Below, piece by piece: positions 54,313 through 64,000 of a stretch of DNA of 64,000 nt. Where the stretch lies: positions 69,564,001-69,628,000 of the forward strand of contig OZ024742.1 in NCBI GenBank assembly GCA_964016885.1. The letters run 5' to 3'. Under the pieces are notes generated by a model. That model saw only the letters and a program-made list of their open reading frames with translations, searched no databases and was not told the DNA's origin. Numbering within the stretch: position 1 is the stretch's first letter; every line of letters starts with the position of its first letter. Both the position numbers and the translations under genes were made by a program. The stretch comes from Eledone cirrhosa (lineage: Eukaryota).

Positions 54313-54396
54313 CACACACACGCACACACTCACACAGACACACACACACACACACTCACACATACACACGCACCCCCCCCCCCCACACACACACAT

Positions 54397-54433
<37 letters not shown>

Positions 54434-54448
54434 GTTTTAATATAGATA

Positions 54449-54499
54449 AGATTCTAGAGGACTATAACTGTTTCATTCTTGAGAAATCATCAGGAATCT
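54449..54499 (-). ncRNA. type I hammerhead ribozyme (stem III mismatch)
   Basis: Minus strand AGATTC-CTGATGA-TTTCTCAAGAAT-GAAA-CAG..CTC-TA-GAATCT; family of 59602. Confidence 0.7.
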
Positions 54500-55067
54500 G
54501 ACTGTCCAAGTAAATATGGTGGTATTTATATATTTTCAAATACCTTAAGCCAGTGTTAATGCCAGATGGCTAAAAAAGAGTTCCCTTTTTTTATTTTTTT
54601 TTATTAACCCGATTCGATAAAATACCCTATACCTCATTCCCACCCCACCACTACCCCTTCGCGACCTGAAACACGGCACTATGGTCATGTAAGTACTTCT
54701 TACCTATTTGCATTTTCTGCTTGTGTATATGCGTAGATTTATGTGTACTTGTATGTACGTATTTGTATGAGTGGCCGTTCGTTTATATGCGTATGGTTGT
54801 GTGTACGTGCGTTCATATGTACCTGCATATGGGCATGTATGTGTATGTTTGTATGTATATATATGTATATGTGTGTATGTGTGTGTGTGTATGTGTGTAT
54901 ATGTGTATGTATGTAGATGTATTTATATGTATATATATATATATATGTATGTGTATATATATATATATATGTATATGTATGTGTATGTAAGTATACATAT
55001 ATATATGTATATATATAAATATATATATGTGTGTGTGTTTGTATGTGTATATATATGTATGAATTTG

Positions 55068-55104
<37 letters not shown>

Positions 55105-55225
55105 TTGCACATATATGTATGTATGTGTACGTATGTGTGTATGTGTATATATATATATATGTATATATGTATATATGTATATATATATAAGTATGTATAT
55201 ATATGTGTATGTGTATGTATATGTG

Positions 55226-55280
<55 letters not shown>

Positions 55281-55289
55281 TAATATATC

Positions 55290-57768
55290 AGATTAAAGTT
55301 TAAGCAAAGAATCGCTATATATATTTATTAAAATAACAGATTAAAGTTTAAGCAAAGAATCGCTGCGTTCACCCTTAACGGGATCTTCTGAAACTAACAA
55401 AGTCAATCTGTAAACGCAGAACTGGATATTTCAAAAAACGTTGCAACCGGAGGAAGACAGGAAGACGATACTTTGGTTCGTGGTAACGTTCGCTGGCAGA
55501 GAACGGGAAAAAACGAATAATACGTCATTAATAGGAGAAAAACAATTACGCGCAAAGACAAAACCACGTTTATGGTATAAAAGAGGTCGTAGACTAATGT
55601 TCTCTTGGGTGGTGCATAGAGACGTTCTCTGGCAATGAACGAAAAAACGAAGATAATAAGTCATATGTGAAGCGTGGAGAACAATAGCACGCAAAGACAA
55701 AACCACGTAAATGGTATAGCAGAAATCGTAGACTAAAATTCTAACTAGGAGACCAAATGAAGAGTTAAGAACAAAGTAAATAAATACAATACAGAAGTAA
55801 TAGAAACAAATAAATACATACACGCAAACAGATACGTACATACACAAGCATACGCAAAACCTTACCATGGGTATACAAAACTACGCACATATAAATATGT
55901 GTGTGTATGCTTGTGTACAAATAAATAAATAATTATATAAAATTATATAAGTAAATAAATACGTATATAACAAGCGCACACGCATACCTACATATAAATA
56001 CACGAATGTTCGGAGACGTAAGTCAACTAAAACAAGAAGTACACATATACACACACCCACCATACGTACGAACCTGCACACTAACGCGGACGCAAAACTC
56101 CCGTATACATATAGCCAAACCCTAAATACCAAAATATGTAAAAATTATACGCTATAACAGTCAAATATACGTACGAGAAGGTATACATACCTTCACAAAA
56201 CATACGGGTAATATATACTTACCTATGCAAATAAGTAAAGGAATAAACAAAACATATACTTAGCTCCCACATCAAGACGTAAAATATCCACGTATAGATC
56301 GTGCAATCCGTTCGGGTATAACGTGGGGCTGTAATACAGGAAAGTTTTGTGCAATTTATGTTTACAAGCCGAAATTGCCTCAGATTTTTTGTTTAAGATG
56401 TGGTCTGTAGCGTAGAGTATTTCCAGGGCCTCAGCGGCGCAGAGGTCACATGGTCTTTTATTTCCGTTATACGATCTAGCCCTAGCTAGGATCTCCCAGT
56501 GTAACTTATATTGGGTGTGGTTGTCTTTTAGACTCCAGATATAAGCTGAAAGTGACGTCATATTCCTTCTTAGAGGGTAACGAAAAGAATGGGTATGCAA
56601 GTAAAGACGCTGCTTGAAACTATTGGCGGTTAACCCTATGTAGGCCCTACGGGACGTGGGTGTTACAACCTTACATTTGTAGACAATGTTACTAGAGAGG
56701 CATTTCCCGGATAGGGGGCAATCAGCCCGATTCCTACAATTACAGTTAGTACTAACTACAGGGTTGCACGTGTTCCTACGGCTAGGTAGTTTAGCTAAAT
56801 TTGAAGCTGTGATGTTATGTGCAAGGTTAGGAGTCGTAGAGTAAGAAATTTTAATAGTATTTTTATTAAAAATTTTGCTATATTTATGTGTAGGGGGAAA
56901 ATGCTTCGTAATACGGGAAAGAAAGATCTTAGCTAATGGTGCGGCCACCTCCATATTATATGGTGGTTTAAACCAACAAATGCGACGGGATCTATTTCTT
57001 CTAGGTCTATTTTCGTACTCTGTATATGCTACCTTATCGACAAATCCACTTCGAGCAAGAGCTTCATTGTAATAAGTGGAATGGTCGTTGAAAATGCGCT
57101 CGTTGGTGGAAAGACGGGAAAGCCTCAACGAAACGTTTCTTACCAGGTTCTTGGTTATGCTAGCAGGATGGTTGGAATGCTTACTTATGTAATTAAGCGT
57201 ATCATTCGGCTTTCTATACGGGTAATACAACCCATTCAATAAATTGAGGGTAACGTCGAGGTAATTAACGACCGAGAGATTGGCCTCAACCTGTATAGAG
57301 AGGTTGAAGCCTTTAAAGAAGGCTGTGAGTTCTTTTCTGAACCTGTCGCAAGCACGAGGTCCGCACTTAGTCATGGTCAAAAGACCATCGTCACGGTACA
57401 AACCACCGCCCGCGTTGGGGAATTCGTCCTTGATAGAGAAAAGAAGGAAAAGGCCAATAAGATCAGTAACCTCCGCAGAGTCACTGGCGCCCATACTCAC
57501 GTCGAATGGGGTACTATTGGATTTTAATCCAAATAGAGTCGTCGAAATTAATCACCGACTTTCGGGCATTAAGGATGACATCAACTTCAAAATCCTTAAC
57601 CACTGTGAGTGTTTTAGCGAAATTGATAGCTCTAAGGAGAAGTGGTAAAGTGATGGAGGAGTAGTAATTGTTGATGTCGAATTGGATAAAACGGCAATGT
57701 TCCTTGTTACATATGCCGTTGAACCAATCAATCACCGCGAAAGAATTGTTCCACAGTGCGAGAGGGGC
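55290..57768 (-). mobile_element. Young Naiad-like PLE copy C, 5'-truncated
   Basis: ORF 57500-56223 is open through RT thumb and GIY-YIG, with stop read-through (TAG to TTG); both ends are in (TA)n. CAGAAGA HHR remnant at 55345-55395 (GAAA to GAAC). Confidence 0.92.
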
Positions 57769-57824
57769 CATATATATATATATATGTATATATATATGTA
57801 TGTATGTATGTATGTGTATGTGTG

Positions 57825-57942
<118 letters not shown>

Positions 57943-57955
57943 TTGTATATATATG

Positions 57956-57986
<31 letters not shown>

Positions 57987-58039
57987 ATACGTATGTGTAT
58001 GTATGTATGTATATGTCTATATGTATATATATATATATA

Positions 58040-58121
<82 letters not shown>

Positions 58122-58179
58122 CCCACCCTTGCAAGCAGGGAAAAGCGGACGTAAAATGATGATGATGATGATGATGATG

Positions 58180-58213
<34 letters not shown>

Positions 58214-58242
58214 ATATATATATGTGTGTATGTATATGTATA

Positions 58243-58313
<71 letters not shown>

Positions 58314-58392
58314 ATATGTATATGGATGTATGTATGTATATATATATACATATACATATATATATGTGTGTGTGTGTGTATGTATATGCGAG

Positions 58393-58440
<48 letters not shown>

Positions 58441-58517
58441 ACGAAGGAAATGTGGTAAGGAACCAGGTGGACCATAACGCACCAAAGTACTCAATACTTG
58501 AGGTAGTAGAGTGGGTA

Positions 58518-58636
58518 ATAGGAACCAGTAAGACCCCGACAGCTGAGCTCAAGCCGTTTGAATTAGGCTTCGAAACGGCCGTTTGAACTAGCCGTCGAAA
58601 CGGCTTGAGCTCAGCTGTCGGGGTCTTACTGGTTCC

Positions 58637-58639
<3 letters not shown>
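58518..58639. repeat. Inverted repeat of the 3' half of an HHR family (see 180-290)
   Basis: 42-bp arms ATAGGAACCAGTAAGACCCCGACAGCTGAGCTCAAGCCGTTT and its reverse complement. Confidence 0.85.
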
Positions 58640-58667
<28 letters not shown>

Positions 58668-58697
58668 ATGTGTGTGTGTGTGTGTATATTTACATAT

Positions 58698-58750
<53 letters not shown>

Positions 58751-58770
58751 TGTGTGTGTGTGTATGTATG

Positions 58771-58807
<37 letters not shown>

Positions 58808-58849
58808 TTTTCTATACCTTTCATTTATATATATATATATGTAGATATA

Positions 58850-59477
58850 CATTAACGGAGCCATAGACTCTCGCCATTCCCTGTAAATAAAGTGTTCATA
58901 GGAGAGGAAATCCTGAGCTCTTTAAAATATAATATGTTGAAAAGGTAACACACTAGAAACAGATACAGTACGCTATCAATAAAACAGGGAAAAACCACCA
59001 GTGTATGGAATCTATAACCTATGAAATGCAGAGTAGAGACACTATAATCAAAAATATAAATTAAAGCGTAAATAAATATCTCTATTACTATATAACACAC
59101 TTACATATCCAAAGTGATCTGTTTCGCCTGTCAGTTGTTGACAGAAATGAAATAACCCAGGTTCATCAGCGTGTGTAAGACTATACATTTCAGACAACAC
59201 TAAGAGAATTTTTAAAGCGACCGTCCAAACAAAGAGAGAAGAAAGACTGTTATAAGAAGCGAAATATCACGATACATTAAAGGAACCATAGACTCTCATC
59301 GTTCCCTGTAAATAATGTGTGGTGGTTTTCCCCTGTTTTATTGATAGCGCACTGTATCTCTCTCTAGTGTGTTACCTTTTCAACATATTGTATTTTAAAG
59401 AGCTCAGGATTTCCTCTCCTTTGAGCACATTATTTACAGGAAACGACGAGAGTCTATGGCTCCGTTAATGTATCGTG

Positions 59478-59480
<3 letters not shown>
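58850..59480. repeat. pLTR-like fold-back element with arms of about 150 bp
   Basis: 58850-59000 is the inverse of 59320-59470; 59263-59318 is a direct copy of the start; partial HHR (CTGATGA..GAAACAGATC) on the minus strand at 59115-59172. Confidence 0.75.
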
Positions 59481-59518
<38 letters not shown>

Positions 59519-59601
59519 CGTTATTCCGGGTTGAATCGGACGTAACCACAGTAAGTAAGGTATTCAATACATTGCAGAGTATAAAAGTTTTAATATAGAT
59601 G

Positions 59602-59652
59602 AGATTCTACAGGACTAGAACTGTTTCATTCTTTAGAAATCATCAGGAATCT
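59602..59652 (-). ncRNA. type I hammerhead ribozyme
   Basis: Minus strand AGATTC-CTGATGA-TTTCTAAAGAAT-GAAA-CAG(TTCTAGTC)CTG-TA-GAATCT, GUA site. Confidence 0.87.
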
Positions 59653-60119
59653 GGGTATCAAAAAATAAGTATGGTATTTATAGGTCTCTACAAGTGGTAG
59701 GAGAGGGTGGGGAGTGGGATGGGTGTAGGTCATTGGTTGATAGAAAAGGGAATTCATTAAAAGCTAATTCTACAAAGCTATAGTTTATTTTTATTTTTAT
59801 TTATTTTTGTTTTTAGAGTAACAAAGGCAGACAGAATTCTATAAACAGGTTCAGGATGGCATGCCACTCCTTATTATTAACTTTCTCTTAAGCTAACAGG
59901 TGACTATAAGATCAGTGGGGAGTCAGTCATGGTAGATAGATTTAAAGGAAAGGGAGATTCTTTAAAAGCTAAATTCATTAAGGTTCTACTAAGGGTCAAA
60001 GGTTTAGTAAATTCTGTACACAAATTCAAAATATTGAGTGCATATCTTACAATTATCTTCAAATTTCTCTTAAACTATTCAACTATATGCCAAAAATCAA
60101 CAGACACATTCACAAAACA

Positions 60120-60282
60120 CACTCACTCACACACTCGCGCGCACCCATAAACACACATACACATACACATATACACATATATACACACACACACATATAT
60201 AAAAATATTTATATATATATATACATATATACATATACATACACACACATATATATACATACACATACATATACACACATAT

Positions 60283-60343
<61 letters not shown>

Positions 60344-60398
60344 CACACACTCACATACATATATAAATACATACATACACATACATATACACATATAA

Positions 60399-60455
<57 letters not shown>

Positions 60456-60485
60456 TACACACACACACACATATACGCACATACA

Positions 60486-60531
<46 letters not shown>

Positions 60532-60586
60532 CATACACACACATATACATACATACACATACACACATATATATATATATATACAT

Positions 60587-60663
<77 letters not shown>

Positions 60664-60944
60664 TACACACACATATACATATACATACATATATATATAT
60701 ATATATAAATACACACACACATATATACATACACACATACACAAATACATATATACATACATATATAAACATATATATATATATATATACATATATACAC
60801 ATATATACATATACACACATATATACATGTATATATATATATATATATACATATATATACATACATACACACACACACATATATATACACACTCACACAC
60901 ATATATATATATACACACACGCACACACACACATATAAATATAC

Positions 60945-60975
<31 letters not shown>

Positions 60976-61126
60976 CACATACATACATATACATACATAT
61001 ACACATATACACACACATATACATATATACATACATACACATATATACACATATATACACATATATACATATATATATACATAAATAAACACATATACAC
61101 ACATATATACACATACATACACATGC

Positions 61127-61225
<99 letters not shown>

Positions 61226-61368
61226 AATACACATATACATACACATACATACACATACATAAACATATATACACATACACACGAATATACAGACACATAC
61301 GTACACACACACACATACGTATACATAAATAAATAAACATATATATATATATATACACATATATATAC

Positions 61369-61421
<53 letters not shown>

Positions 61422-61424
61422 CAT

Positions 61425-61474
<50 letters not shown>

Positions 61475-61526
61475 GTACATACATACACCTACATATACAC
61501 ATATACACACATGCGCACATATACAC

Positions 61527-61563
<37 letters not shown>

Positions 61564-61634
61564 AAAATATATACACATATATACACATATACACACACAC
61601 ATATATATATATACATATACATATACACACATAT

Positions 61635-61668
<34 letters not shown>

Positions 61669-61779
61669 ATATACACATACATACATACATACATACATAC
61701 ATACATACATACACACATACACACACATATATATATATATATACACGACGGTTGGATGGCCACTGATGAGTACAAACTT

Positions 61780-61827
<48 letters not shown>

Positions 61828-62041
61828 ATATACATATATATATACACATACATACACACATACACACATACATATATACACTAATATATATATACACACA
61901 TACACATACACACACACACACATACATACACATATATATAAATATATACATATACACACATATATATACACATATACACACACACATATATACACACACA
62001 TATATACATATATACACATATACACACATATACACATATAC

Positions 62042-62074
<33 letters not shown>

Positions 62075-62201
62075 TATATATAAATAAATATATACACATA
62101 CATACATACGCATACATACACATATATATACATATATACATATACATACACATATATATATATAAATATATACACATATACACACATACAAATATACACA
62201 T

Positions 62202-62262
<61 letters not shown>

Positions 62263-62350
62263 CACACACATACCCATATACACATGTGCACACATACATA
62301 TACATACACATACATATACACACATACACACACATATATACACATACAAA
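60120..62350. repeat. Compound (TA)n/(CA)n/(TACA)n microsatellite
   Basis: Direct reading; similar tracts at 54830-55275 and 57770-58840. Confidence 0.95.
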
Positions 62351-62526
62351 TAAATAAGTACTCAATAAAAATACGCATATACGCAGGCACATTAAAACAC
62401 CTCTACAGGCAGAAAATGTAGATAGGTAAGAGGTACTCACATAACCATAGTGGCCGTATTTCAGGTTGAGGAGGGGTGGGGGTAGGGTGGGAAGGAGTTA
62501 TAGGGGCCAATAGGAGGAGGTCGTTT

Positions 62527-63999
62527 TTAGCCATCGGGCTTTAACACTGGCTTAAAGTGTTTGAAAGTTGCAAAGTTCTTGTGCATGCAATTCGGGCAGT
62601 GTTCAGAGAGTTTGTTCAGTAGCGGGCCCTTGGCGAATAAAATTTCGTAGCTCTCTGAAATACAAAGGTCGCAGTCCTTGTGTCCTCCGTTGTAAGAGCG
62701 CGCTTTCTGGAGTATTTTCCATTTAAGCGTGAAGGGGGTGGAGTTCCTTTTGAGGTCCCAAACATAGGAGGCGAGTATTGTCTGGTTTGATTTGTCCGGT
62801 CTCCTGAAGGAGTGGGTATGGGCATACCAACGGGTCTTAAAGTTGTTGGAGGTCATGCCGATGTAAGTTTTTTTGCAATCATCGGTGCCTGAGATGACAT
62901 CGCATTTGTATACGATATCATTTGTGAGGCATTTGTTTTCAAGTGGGCATGCTTCCTTATTTAGGCAATTACACAGAGCCCCAGTCCGGGGATTGGGTTC
63001 GGAGGTGGTTGGCTTATTTAATTTTTTAGAATTGTGGTTGGCTATATTCCTAGCTAGGTTAGGTGTGGTGGAGTAGGAGAGTCTTATTGTGTTCTTATTA
63101 AAGATGGTGTGGTACCTATGTTGTTTGGGGAAGTGTAATTTCAGCAAAGTGAAGAAAATCCTAGCTATCGGAGTAGAGACCTCTCTATTGAAGGGAGGGT
63201 TGTACCAGCTAATTTGCCTATGTCTATTCCTCCTCTGCAATCTTGCGGTGGTTTCTAGGTATGTTATCTTTTCTTTAAATCCGCTACGGGCGAGGGCATC
63301 ATTGTAGTAGGAGGCAGATGCGTTAAAAATATCTTTGTTGGCGGAGAGGCCAGATATTCTAATAGAGACGCTTTTTACTAGGTTATCAGTGATGTTTTGG
63401 GGGTGGTTTGAATTAACATTAATATATTTAAGGGACTCGTTAGGTTTGTGGTACGGGTAATAGAGGGAAGTATCTAGGTCGAGAGTGACATCTAAGAAGT
63501 TGGCCCTAGTCAAATTAGATTCTATAGTTATACTAAATCCTAGATTAGAGAAGAATGAGCTTAAGTTTTTCCGAAACCCATCGGTGGTTCTGGGGTTAAC
63601 CTTATGCAGGGCGAAGAGGCCGTCGTCTCGGTATAAACCTCCCGTTAGGCCGGTAAAGAGGTTCTTCAGGTGATGTAGGATGTACAGGCCCACAAGGTCG
63701 CTAATTTCAGCCGAGTCACTCGCTCCCATGCTAACGTCAAATGGGGTCTGAGATTTCTTGTTGATCCAGTAAGATCCATCGTGGTATAGAAAGGTCTTAC
63801 GAGCGTGGAGGATAACAACTTTCTCAGCATCGGTAATGGTGGTAAAATTCCTGGCAAAGTGAATTGCGTCCTTCAGGAGGGGCTCCGAGATAGAGGCATA
63901 GTAGTTTTCTATGTCGAGTTGCAGGAAGCGAGTGTGGTGTTTGTCGGGTAATTTTTGGAACCATGATATTGCCTCAGATGTTCTGCTCCAGAGTGGAAG
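62527..63999 (-). CDS. Naiad-like PLE polyprotein (RT plus GIY-YIG), open to the window edge
   Basis: Frame is open from 63999 (LPLWSRT..QLDIENYYASI..) through MG, YRDD, CNCLNKEACPL, YIG and CDLC to the stop at 62527. Confidence 0.9.
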   Translation of the reverse strand, partial: LPLWSRTSEAISWFQKLPDKHHTRFLQLDIENYYASISEPLLKDAIHFARNFTTITDAEKVVILHARKTFLYHDGSYWINKKSQTPFDVSMGASDSAEISDLVGLYILHHLKNLFTGLTGGLYRDDGLFALHKVNPRTTDGFRKNLSSFFSNLGFSITIESNLTRANFLDVTLDLDTSLYYPYHKPNESLKYINVNSNHPQNITDNLVKSVSIRISGLSANKDIFNASASYYNDALARSGFKEKITYLETTARLQRRNRHRQISWYNPPFNREVSTPIARIFFTLLKLHFPKQHRYHTIFNKNTIRLSYSTTPNLARNIANHNSKKLNKPTTSEPNPRTGALCNCLNKEACPLENKCLTNDIVYKCDVISGTDDCKKTYIGMTSNNFKTRWYAHTHSFRRPDKSNQTILASYVWDLKRNSTPFTLKWKILQKARSYNGGHKDCDLCISESYEILFAKGPLLNKLSEHCPNCMHKNFATFKHFKPVLKPDG

Positions 64000-64000
64000 T

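Overview
AT-rich, microsatellite-laden eukaryotic DNA, most likely from an octopod cephalopod. That assignment is inferred from a recurrent tRNA-type SINE with a GCCTTTCATCC..GGGGTCGATAAAATAAAGTACCAG core and other repeats resembling Octopus families. The window is dominated by retroelements: at least 8 Penelope-like element (PLE) copies from about 6 families (RT plus GIY-YIG, mostly Naiad-like, inserted in (TA)n), CR1-, RTE-, R4/Dong- and CRE-type LINE fragments, SINEs, Helentron-like fragments and a 32-bp minisatellite. The only host genes I can support are a tandem cluster of gustatory-receptor-like (7TMIC/GRL) first exons: two open and one pseudogene. The main hidden signal is about 20 type-I hammerhead ribozyme (HHR) motifs from about 10 sequence families, folded by eye on both strands. 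They include (i) a circularly permuted 316-nt non-coding unit resembling a non-LTR retrozyme, (ii) fold-back elements carrying one HHR on each strand, (iii) a non-canonical CAGAnGA core shared by all copies of a young PLE, and (iv) a 7-kb palindromic PLE dimer. No folding or homology search was run; all family assignments come from motif recognition.
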